NCBI GenBank assembly: GCA_046563655.1
Contig: CM102290.1
Coordinates: forward strand, 5,332,001-5,396,000
Reading direction: 5' to 3'
DNA from: Yuukianura sp. NJ FZ-2021
Taxonomy: Eukaryota
Length of the DNA: 64,000 bases
Position numbers and translations under genes: made by a program. This document shows positions 40,701-51,829 of this stretch, piece after piece. Position 1 is the stretch's first letter. Each line of letters starts with the position of its first letter. The notes under the pieces were generated by a model that was not told the DNA's origin, did no database searches, and saw only the letters and a program-made list of their open reading frames with translations.

Positions 40701-43700
40701 TTTGTTGCAATGTCATTTGGAAATAGTCTAATGCCCAATTGTAAATCCTAATGGCGGAAACACCCTTCCGTCATCTAAAGTTGGTGTAAACACTACCATA
40801 GTGTTCCGTTAAAAAAAAACCTTTTTGCTCTTTTTTCCTGCTTTTATTAACTTTTTTGCTGTAATCGGACAGTCCGATTACAGCAAACATTTATTAGCGT
40901 TTCATTCCGATTCGGAGTGCAATGCTAATAATTTAATTCACATTTAAGTACATCTTTAACCCGGGACAGTTTCTAACGCAGTTATAGTTACAGTAAAAAT
41001 TTTAAAACAGCAAAATCAAATTGTTTAAAATTTCCAAGAAAAAACAATTCTTCAAGAAAAAAACACAGCATTTCCTTGAAAATAATGGTGAAAAGTTGAG
41101 TTTTTAAGGAAGATGCTGGGGTATGGTCAAGTGGAACTGCTGGAGAAAGTGCACAATTCCCAAAATAGTAGAGGAAGTGGAGGAACCCACCTTTGACGTC
41201 ACTTCCCATCGATCCACCCCCTCCCCCCTCTGCACTATCCCCCCCCCCTAATGTGACCCAGGTAAAGAATCCTCTTGCTAATCTCCAGTGTCGTTCTAAA
41301 ATTGTCGCCGCCAAAAGATTGAGGTTGGGGTGCTTAGTCCTTGACCCCAGTTAGTTACTCCCGTCAGTTTGGAAATAAATGGTTGGACGTAATAGGTGAT
41401 TGCATGTGTGTGTGCGTTGTGTTGTCAATTGTTGTTTGGCTGTGGGCCCTCACTTAACTTTCGCTTGTCCTACTAACACCAATACACACTCCTCTATCCC
41501 CCCACACCTCCCTCTTCCTTTTCCGTCAGAGATGCATTGTGCCCCCCACTCTTTTGCAAGCCCACCCTCATCCACTCTCATGGAGAACTGTTGACCCAAT
41601 TAAACCCACCTCCCTCCACTATCAATTGAGGTCACTCAGTTCCAGAATCCAGGAAACTACCCCGGAGACAAACAATGGTCAATGAGTAACCACTTGACGC
41701 AATGGGCTCAGAATGAGGCTAAGGCTCTCATCTTTCCCCACCATCCATCTCTTTTCCTCATTCCTAATCAGACGTCACTTGGAATGGGAGGGGGTTATTC
41801 AATCTCAATGTGAACCGTGTCATGTCATTGCACTTTTCAAGGCCTCCACTTTCCTCCCCCAACACGCACCCCCCAACTCTTATGAAATTGATTGTGCACT
41901 TGGTGTGGTGTGAGTGAGTGGTCATATAAGTGTCTGTGTGTGTCCGACTCTAATTTATGCTCAGTGGGACACCCGAACTGTTGTTTTAGGCTGAATGACC
42001 CCATTCCGCCTTTGTTTTTGCATGGATTGTAAATGGTTGTAAAGGGAGCCCTTGGCACTCCATTCCGAGGTGACACCATTTCCAGGCCCCTTTGGACTCT
42101 GATATGTGTCTTCACATGAGGCTTCCTCTTGGAAATAGGTCAGGGAGGGAAGATGAAGTTCTTTTTTTAGGGTTCTGGAGGAATGTAGGTCAGGAGATGC
42201 TGAGAGTGTGGGTCCTGGCTCACTTGAGAGAGCCCTGCAGGGGGCGCATTCTCCAGTTGTCTGGACCAACCTTGAGGCATGACACAGTTCCAACTAATCC
42301 CACCCTGCCCCACTTCCACACAATCCTCTTTGGCCCCACTACTTCTTCGGCTCTGCTTATGCTATTGCTCTGAACGAAATGTTTCGAATCATTCCGAAGG
42401 CGAATTATTCCGAAAAGTGAATTTTTTAAAGGAATTTTTGTCTACAAATTTTGTCTTAAGCGAATTATTTCCAAATGGATCCTTCTAAGCGAAAATTTCT
42501 TCCAAAGAAGTTGTTTTTTTTTAACATAAAATCATTGGAGTAAACTTGTAAGATGAAACCTATTTTAGAAACAATTTGTGTCGAAGTAATTTGGGTTTAG
42601 AAACAATTCATTCGTAACATTGACGATTGTGGGACGTGAATAAGTGTGTGAATGGATTAGTCCAGAATAGTTGTGAGTCCTTAGAGTGGTGTAGGAAGTG
42701 GGAGCAGAGTGAGTTTGAGAGTAACGAACCAAGTCAAGGTCAGGACTCCTCCAGATCCACTTCTGCAACACTAATCAAGCATCTCCCCACCTCTCGTAGT
42801 GTGTTCAAAGGCTTGTCTAATCTCGACATTCCTCCTTACTCTCACCCTCTCTTAGCTCACACAACAAAAAAGAAGCGATGTGGTCGCAATCGGATCATGG
42901 TCACCTCAGCTCCTTGCACAACTCACCAACCAACATTTCCGCTCCTTTGCTCAACACATGGCGAAACGAAGCGCCGCAGGGTTGCCATTTCTGCCGTTTC
43001 AATCTCTCATTTCCTCCACAACACAAAAGAGGAGAAGGGTTGCTCAAGGGCTTTCAAGGGTACTTAACACTGTGTGAAGGAACCAAGTTTCCTGGGGAAG
43101 GGCTCCTCCTTCACTCGCTCCAGGCACAAAAGGCTCCATTCCTGGAGAAAGGAGGTCAACTAGGTAGTAAAGGGATCCACATCAATCCACTGGAAGGTTC
43201 CTGTATGTGTATGTAGGCCAGTTTCCTTTTCTTTTTGTCTCAAACCAAAAAACTTAACGCTGTTTTGATTCTGACGTTTGCTGTTTCTTATGTTTTGCCT
43301 CATTTCAATTAATTCTAAGACAGAAAAATGTCTTTAGAGCAAAGACGACAAAAAAAAACTATTTGCATCAAAAGGATTGTTTAGGCAAGGAAAAAACAAA
43401 AATAAAAGTGTTTACAGCAAAAATAAAAGTATTTACAGCAAAGAGAGGAAAAAGCAAATGAAAGAGGTGAGGTAAATAAGGGGAAAATAAATGTTTTGCA
43501 GCAAAGACAGCAAAAAGGGAATTATTTAGATCAGAAGGCTTCATTTACAGCAAAACAAAGGTATTTCCAGCAAAAAGCAAAGTGAAAGCTGTAAGAAGTG
43601 TTTTTTTTTTCTTTGGACTGGTTTGAGTTGTAAAGTTGTGATCTGTAGTATTGGGAGAGTGATGAGAGAGGAAAGAAAATAATGATTTCCGGAGTTTGTC

Positions 43701-46700
43701 ATTTCCGGTTCCTTTGAGCCACTGGAAGGCTAGTGGCCCAGGAGTTGTTGGAATGGAGTGTAATGCAATGTTTGTCTCTTCCAGTTGACACGTCGTCAAC
43801 GGGCGTTCGGCTCATGGGGGCGGCTGGAAACCTGCTGGAACTGGAAGGGACGCGATCTCCACGAACTTCCCCACCCAGGACACTGCTCCAGGGCATTCTG
43901 AGCCACCACCCTCTCCAGCCACCGCCAGGCATCATCCGTCAACCACCCTACTCGGGATCAACAGGTAAATCAAACAGTCCCTTAAGTACACATTCAAGTA
44001 CCCATTCCGGACAATCCCGGTGGGAATGTCAGTTAGGTCGAGGCTTGTCCCATGTGACAACGATTTGCCAGACCTATTTGGTGGAAGTGGTGACATGTTA
44101 ATGACGGGAAACTGATGAAGACAGTGAGACGCTTTTTAAGAGCGACGCGGCATAATTTGAGTCGTGTTAAAAAGTGAAAATGATTTGCAGAGGCTATTTG
44201 AAGTTTATGTTCCATTTGAGCCCGGGCAAAGCGATCGTAAACTGTAAGTGGCTCAGACCGTGTTTCATTTCACAGTTTGTCACATGGATCCCATTCCCCA
44301 GAGTGTTAAGGACACTGTACATGAGGCATAGCGTTCCCCATGGACAAAGGAAAGTGTCCAGAGACAACCTGTCCCTCCTTTTGAAGGTGAGCATGTTGGA
44401 CAGTGGTGGATCCGAGTGTCCATTCCGGATTTGCAGAGTGGCAACAGAAGAAGATGGTCTTTCTCTTGATCTCCTCCATCTCTCCCTAACCACTTCCTGC
44501 TCCTTCAAATCTACCCCCCGGCAATATTTTTTACACCAAGTTCCTACGAATACGTCCACCAAAAATTGTTAAAGCTAAGCCAACCACGACAGAATTTGAG
44601 CAAAAAAAGATTAAGCAAAAGAAAAATTTAGACAAAAAAAAAACATCGAATACAAGAACAAAATGTATAAATCCTTTCAAAAAAATCTAAGCAGACAAAA
44701 AATCTAACCAGGAGAAATTAACACTAGAAAAACTTCAAAATAAATAAAAAGGCTTAAAAAGCTATAAAAATCTAAGCTAGAAAAGATCTGAGCAGAAAAA
44801 CAATCTAAGCAGGCAAAAATCTGAGTAAAAAAAATATACACTACAGGAATGGTTGTGAGTGCCCGCGATTTCTGGAAAATGGAAATTTCTAATGTTGTGT
44901 GTTTTTTTGTTTGTTTTTTTCAGGGTCACTTCCGCCGAGTCCAGCAGACAGCGGTGTATCGGATGTTGACAGTAGCAGCAGTGGTCACACGTCAGATGAC
45001 CTCAAGGCCCGTCTCCAGCCCACTCCAGGTCAAAATTTACATTGATTTTGTAGTTTCCTTTAGCTTTAGACTGTTGCGTGTTGCTTCCTGGTTCCGGAGG
45101 CGGAAGAGTGGAGTAAGCGTGTGGTTGGAGTGGAGATGAAGGCGATAATGTGTCTCCACTTCCGATGGAGGGTGGTGTCAGCACAAAATCTCTGCCAGTC
45201 GGTCAAACAAAAGCTCATTACACACTCGGCCGGAAGTCACACAAATATTCAATTGTTGATTCCAAACTCAGATTCCGGAAGCCACATTCCACTCTTCCAT
45301 TCCTCCAATGGTGCGGATGTGGAGGAAATTAGGCTCTCTTTTTATTTGGACTCTTAAAAATCTGGAACCGGAAGCACACGACGAGATGAGAAACTGCAGG
45401 AGACCCCCCTCACTCTTTTTAAGACTAAAATTAGAACTTTCCCTCACATCCTCCACAATTAAACTCCCCTTCTAAATCATCTACTCCAAATAATCACTCG
45501 AACTTCCCTCCTCCTGGAATCACTCCAGCCAAACTCCCTCCTGGAATGAATCCCTCCTGGAGACTGGATTGTTGTTTTAATTGATGTTTGTGATTGATTT
45601 GTAGTTCCGACGGCCGAGAGTCCGAGTCCAGGGAGTGGATCAGGGGTCATGAACCCCTACCTGTCGTCTCCCTTCTACTCCTCTGTCAGACATCCCTACT
45701 CTGTTCCGAGGCAACAACATCCCGCAGGTAAACATTCAATAACTTCAATTGACCTGTCACAGGTCAATTCAGGTCGGTCCTTTTTTCCACTTTGAGGAAA
45801 GATTGTGATGAGGGTAAGGACGTTGTACGCATTCTGTTTTTTGGTGCTGGAGAGAGGATGTGGGAGCTGGGTTTTGGTTGAAGGTGGAGATTAGGTGTCT
45901 AATTGGGTGCGATAGGGCAAGAGCGGATGACCTGCGGTCAATTCAAAATGTCTTCCGCTCAGATAGTGGTTCGGAGAGCACAAACTGCGTGGGACATTTC
46001 TGGCTCTCTCTCCGGAAGACCCGCCAACCATCGTCTAATTATTCCAACTCTGGACATAAAAATAGAAACCGAACCTTAATCACACACTTGTGGATTTCCG
46101 CTAACATCCAATTACGCTCTCTTGCGGTGGACCATCTCCTGCCTCTTCTGCGTCGTCATAACAACCAAAGCAGGGGTCTCAAGGGCCCAAGGTCAAGGGG
46201 CCTGTCTAATAACTTCCACCGTTAGATCATTACTTTGGGTTCATTTGAGTTCAAAGGGAGTCCCTTTGGGCAGGAAGGGGCCCTCATGATCATTCTGAGT
46301 TGGATCTCGTCATTGAGACCTTGCATAATGGACCCTATTTGGAAAGACATTGCTGAACCCCTTGAGTGGACGCCGTTTAAGCACAAGGCATTGCGCCAAG
46401 TTTCCTTTCACTTGGGAAGTGGAGCAGCACCTCCTGGGGGTCTTTCGTCATCCCCCCTCCCCTTTCCATTGTTGTTGTGAGAAGGAACAGGTTGAGTCAA
46501 AGTGGCAATGTCTGTTAGTCTCTTGGGTCAACCGCCTTGCTCAAGGTTACTTCTCTTGAGTCACAAAGCGACGTTCCCACAGGTTGAGAGACCTACACTC
46601 CCAAGGACCCTTGCCACATCACGACCCTTACAAGTCCCCCCTATTTCCAATCTACCTTTCCTCACAGTCTCGGACTAGCGGTTCTTTTTCAGTTTTAGAA

Positions 46701-49700
46701 TTTAGAAATACGAATTATGAATTTCCATAACAATAATTCTCAAAAAAATTTCATGACAGGGAAATTGCAAGTGGGAAATAGCCTTAAGCGTTAAGAAAAC
46801 ACAGGTAAACAATCTACATGATTCCTGTCGATTCCAACAGAGAATTTTTTTTTGAAAATTCAAATCCAAACTTTTTTATGCAATAACATTTTTTTTTCAA
46901 TCTATGTTGAACTCGTGACAAATAAAAAGAGAATGACGTTGGTCGTGGATTAGGATTAGGAACCACTTGCTCCACAGCATTTGTCAAATGAAAGTTAGTA
47001 CATAAATGGAGCGATGCATTTTGAGCAATGAAGAGTGTAGCAGAAATGAGGATGGACAGGGTTTGTGAATTTGGAAAGTTGACAGAAGGAGATTAGGATA
47101 GAAATGGCTCGTGGACTGGAGGGGGAAGTGTTAGACTAGGTTTTGGACAGAGGGTGGTGGTGCGACAAGGTCAAGAGGTCAAGGCCCAAGGGAAGTGCCA
47201 AAAAGAGATCCATCCTCTTCACGACCAGATTAGTAGCCGGAGTTGTGTATTTAAAAAAGCGTTTTAGTAGATAAGTGAAGTGGAGTAGTGAATGGAGTGG
47301 TGACTCTGTAGCACGTGATGTTGCAATTTCCAGTTGACTGGACATTTAGGAATCATTGGGATGAGCTAGGAAGTCATATTTTTCCATTCACTGTTTATCT
47401 TAAGCCCAGAGACAAGAGGTCAATGTCAAGGACAAGCATGACCCCCTTGACTAAGTTGGGTGGGGGCTGGAGTGTTTTTGGCACAATGTTGTTCCCTACC
47501 TGCCACTTTGCCAAATTCCTGTTGTAAAGTTTTGGTCGTGTTGCTGGACTCCTGACCTTTCTGCCAGCTCAAAGTCAAAGAGTGAACGAACCTGTCTCTC
47601 CATCTACTACGCCGCTCTCTCCATATCATGCCATACTTGTGCACTTGAAAGCCCCGGGCGGTTGTCCCTCACCCTGTCCCACCATGTCCCACCACCAACT
47701 TCGGGTAGTTTCCAAACTTTCTTAGATTAGCGGTTAGCCCTTTCCTGTGTAGATGTTGAGACATATTGGACAGCATATGAATGTGTTGGAGCTCAAAGTC
47801 CTTGTAGTCTAATCAAACTGGAAGTGGAAACGAAAACACTTTTTCTGGTTTTCCATAAAACCAACTTGATAAGATTGGGAATTCGGCTACTTCGCCTCAG
47901 ACCGGTTCTCTTCTGTCATTTTGAATTAAAACCACGTCTTCCTCTTTGCCAATTCCCACTCCCACCAACGACACTACACAGATTATACACAAATAATAAT
48001 TGACGCGTGTCCCATGAACCCGAAATGGACAGGGATTTGATGCGGACAGTCCAGGGACAGTGTGTGACCTGGACAGTTTTAGAGCTGGAGCAGGTTATGT
48101 CCAGGAAAGTCATGAATACTTTCTCACTAACGTTTCCGCTTTCTCATCTCCATTAGTAAAATGACCCATTGTCCTTGGTGGGCTGTGGAGAGGAACGACA
48201 AGAGTTGCGTAATCATGGAGAGAGATCTGTAGCAAAACAACTCAAAAAATGTGTTAAAAACAAAACGTTGATACCAAAGTAGCAGAGCGATTTTTAGGCA
48301 GAGCTTGCTTTAATTTTAAGTATGCGTCACGAAATTGTTTTTGCGAAAACTATTAAAATTTCTCCAGCATTAGGGTTTGCAGTAACTCAATTTTAATTTC
48401 ATTCACTTTTTTCCGCAACGACTTTTTTCTACAGCAATTTTTTTCGCAACGACTTTTTTATACAATGGCTTTTTTTTTTCGAAACGCCTTTCTTCTTTTT
48501 GTTTTGCTTAAAAGAAGTTGTTATAGGAACTTCTTTGAAATGTTTTTAGTGGTGAATCTCCCCCCATACTGCTGAGATGTTCGTCTGAATTGAAAAGACT
48601 CAAGCAGTGTGAGATTGGAGTGAGTGACCACATGAAGGCCAAAGTGGTCACGAATCAAGTGGGGATGTGGGCTTGGAAGGCTTCTGTTCAGAGGCACTTA
48701 ATGCGTCCAAGGTCTCACGTTCCCCCATTCCAAAGAAACGTTTGGACTGTTGGCCAAACGACGACGGTTGGACACCTTCCGTCTCCTGTTCATTCACGTT
48801 TTTAGTGAAGGTGCCTTTGAGCCTCCTACTCATCTTACGTTGCCTAGCACCACCACAAGGAAAAGAGGCATGGGAGTGGGCATCTAGTTAGAAGTGGACA
48901 CGTTCGGACCATGGGAATGCGATGGGTGGTTGAAGAGGAGATGTGTCCAGTCTGCCAAATGACCGCTGGGCACTCTGGATCTGGTCCATAACTCTATTTT
49001 GTTGCTAGGGAAGTTGATTGGGCCTGTCTCAAGGTGTGTTCAGTTGGGCCGAACCTCCTCCAATCAAGCAATTTGGCAACTTTTGGCCCTAGGGCCACGT
49101 CCCCCCTCTCTGCAAATCCCCTCTACCCCACCCCCACCCATTTCCCAGATGCTTCACAAACATCTTCTATTGTTTTCCTATGGAAAATGATACACAGTGT
49201 GCTTTTGCGCACTTCCACCACAACCTGTCATCTTTTGTTCCTCTCCAAAGATCCCAAATGTGGAAACGCCGAGTCACACAACAACAAAAAATTGTGCAAA
49301 ATTGTTTTTTGCTTCGCAACTTTACACATAAGGATTTTGTGTTTTTTCCAAATGGAAATTAAGGCAAATTAATGCCAACTGGTGGAGTTTGATTTTTGAA
49401 TCCAAGAATCCAACTGCTTTGCTTTTACGATGAGTGTTTAGAATGAATTGAAATTATACACGTCCGTTCAAATTCAAAACTTTTTCCCACTCTCGGTATT
49501 ATGAAAATTGACCAAAGTGTGAAATCAAACTGAGCAGCATCAGAATTAAAGAAAAAACGGGTTGTTGGGTTGATTGTCTGATTTTAGATTTAAATATGAA
49601 TGGTTGTACTATGTGTTATTCTCACGGAAGGAACTGCAGGAAAAAAAACTGGATTCGGAAGAGAGTTTTTTGTGCTTGTTCCGGAGAAAAGGCTTTTCCG

Positions 49701-51829
49701 GTTTCATTTCTCTGAGGATCCGTGCATAATTTCTTTTCTTCTTTTCTAATGGACCTTCACTTTGCATATTCCGATTCAGCAAAGGGCCCCCTCTTTTTTT
49801 AAGGCCCTTAGATCGTCGTTTTTTGTCTGATCTTGTGAGACAGTCGTTGGTGATTTACGAAGGGGGGAGACTATTCCGCTGTTTAATTCGTATCCTCTGT
49901 ATGCAAATGCTATGCAAATGTAATATAAAAAAGCGGGTAGGACGAATTTAAATACTTTGGGAACCAATTGAGTGGAAGGGAAAGTTCCCCTGTCTCACCT
50001 GTAAATAATGAACCCGCTTAAAAAAAAAGCATAAGAATTGAAAGTGAAAAAAACCGGCGGTTGGCGTTGACTTTGAAGTATTAGGGAGAGTATAAAAAAA
50101 GTTTAAGTTGAGGAGGCCCCTTGATGCAACAGTTTCCTCATGGTTTTTTTTTATTGCAATCTGTCACTGTTTTTATTTATTTTTTTGGTTGATGTGAGTC
50201 GTTGGGTCACACGGACCCTGAGAAAGAAAGATGCTACCCGGATTTTGAGTAATCAAGTCTGGATGTTATGCGAATGAGTGGTGGGTTATTACAGTTAGGC
50301 GTTTCCTTAAGACGTGAGAGCGGAATTGGGCCACTTCCTGTCAACGAACAACGCTTCTTTACGACTTAGACGTTGTTCCCAGGAGAAGAAGACAATGGGA
50401 GGAAATCGGTGGGAAAGGCGTCTGTTCTGGATGTGGTCCACTGCCCAGGACTAAGTTAAGAGAAGCTCCATTTGAGGTGGATCTGTTGGTCAGTGAGACA
50501 AAGCAGGCGAGGTGGAACGTTAGGAGCAGGTTGAGTGACTTCCGTTTCCCAGAGGGGCCCTTAAGGGCTTCTGAGATTCAGGATGCACCTGATACCCACC
50601 TCATGTCATGTGGCTCATGATGAGATCCAGTGATAATGATCCAGAGTGCTTCATGTAGTGTGTTAAGTGACCCACCGGACTATGACCATGCAGTGACATG
50701 GTTCAAAGGGAACTCTTGAACACCCTTGAACTCCACCGTTGCTTAGCAGAGGTGTAGGCGGAAACAGCGGATGTGAATTATCAAATAAGTCCGTCACGCC
50801 TCCCAGCTTTCTTAAGAAAAAGTGGGAAGGAGTTCCAAGAGCCACGCAGTGTCCTAACGTCTTTTTGTTTTTATTTGCAGATGGATGCCTCTTTGCCAAC
50901 TTATCTTCTCAGCAGTATTGTGACTTGACGAGCCCCACCACACCCACATTCCCCCTCCACTCCGCTCTAGGATCAAGTGGCTCTGCGGCCCTTGGACAAC
51001 CAAGTCCCAACTCTCCGAATCTCGGTGGACCTCATTCGGCTGGCCACGCTCTTCACGCCCATGCGCACCACCATTTGGGCCCACTGGGGGGCGGAGGTGG
51101 GCCGCCGTCGATCCACCCCGCTGCAGCCACCACCAGTCCATCCACCAGCAGCTCCTCCATGGAGGAATTCTACTTGGCGGAACTCGGATTCCCACCTAGA
51201 ATGAAAAAGAAGCCTAGGAAACCGAAGGGAATGGACAATGGACCGATGAAACGCAAGAGTCGCGAAGGTGAGACAGAACTAAAATTTTTTTGAAAATTTC
51301 AAAAAAATTGTTGCTTGAATTTGTTCTAAATGATAATTTGTGTATGACAGGGTCAACGACGTACTTGTGGGAGTTTCTATTGAAATTGCTCCAGGACAAG
51401 GAATACTGTCCTCGGTACATCAAGTGGACGAATCGGGAGAAGGGAGTTTTTAAGTTGGTGGACTCGAAAGCAGTGTCAAGGTTATGGGGACTGCATAAGA
51501 ACAAGCCAGACATGAACTACGAAACGATGGGTCGCGCTCTGAGGTACTTAAGTCAACACTAAATTATGACATTGACAATGTCAAATTGTCCAATTCGGAG
51601 ATGCGTCATCTCTTTTTTTACTTTACACCGTGCCCAATTAAATCCACTCTTTTCCTCCTCCTTTTCCTCTCGAAAGTTGTTCCAGGAAGTGGACATTAAT
51701 TTTCGTTTCTGTTTGCGCAGGTACTACTACCAACGCGGGATCCTGGCCAAAGTGGATGGACAGAGACTCGTCTACCAGTTTGTAGATGTTCCCAAAGACA
51801 TCATAGAGATTGACTGTCACAACGTCTGA
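25735..51829 (+). CDS. Eip74EF: Ecdysone-induced protein 74EF isoform A (E74A), ETS transcription factor, ~765 aa
   Basis: Exons 25735-25806, 26278-27247, 27555-27713, 43785-43964, 44924-45028, 45605-45727, 50881-51267, 51351-51543, 51721-51829 (2298 nt, in frame). N-terminus [15 protein letters not shown] resembles E74A MPFIDDALLWCPDND. Also [39 protein letters not shown] and the E74 ETS domain [13 protein letters not shown]...[15 protein letters not shown]. Confidence 0.93.
28215..28700 (+). mobile_element. DINE-1/HINE-like (Helentron-associated) non-autonomous element, 3' end uncertain
   Basis: T-rich start TTATT, short hairpin AAGTAAC-GAAA-GCTACTT (28220-28237), then (GTCT)4 microsatellite at 28252-28267 followed by GTCCGT. 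This is the typical 5' layout of DINE-1-like elements. Confidence 0.5.
29903..30004. repeat. 29-bp minisatellite
   Basis: TTTTTTGAAAAYAGGAAATKYGAGTYAGA, about 3.5 copies. Confidence 0.85.
32893..32979. repeat. ~45-bp tandem duplication
   Basis: GCTAGATTKCATCAAGAAGAAATTTTASGTATTCCTGAGACT x2. Confidence 0.85.
34600..34935. repeat. GTGGATGAAAT-type degenerate repeat with inverted copies (likely MITE remnant)
   Basis: Multiple GTGGATGAAATGAA units at 34624-34770 and inverted TTCATCCA units near 34602, 34854 and 34926. Confidence 0.55.
39125..51829 (+). CDS. Eip74EF: E74 isoform B (E74B), ~503 aa, from an internal promoter
   Basis: Unique first exon 39125-39539 (donor C|GTAAGT, phase 1) encodes PLDLS and [10 protein letters not shown], hallmarks of the E74B N-terminus. 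It splices in frame to the common exon at 43785 (1512 nt total). Inr-like TCAGTC at 39012 and 39033. Confidence 0.88.
40040..40370. repeat. Degenerate minisatellite (CTGTCCCTTACTATTTTCAACTTCTA)n
   Basis: About 10 variable-length units; explains the spurious 167-aa ORF at 39892-40395. Confidence 0.85.
51351..51829 (+). CDS. Eip74EF: E74 ETS DNA-binding domain exons (51351-51543, 51721-51829)
   Basis: [86 protein letters not shown], an Elf/E74-subfamily ETS domain. Confidence 0.97.
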
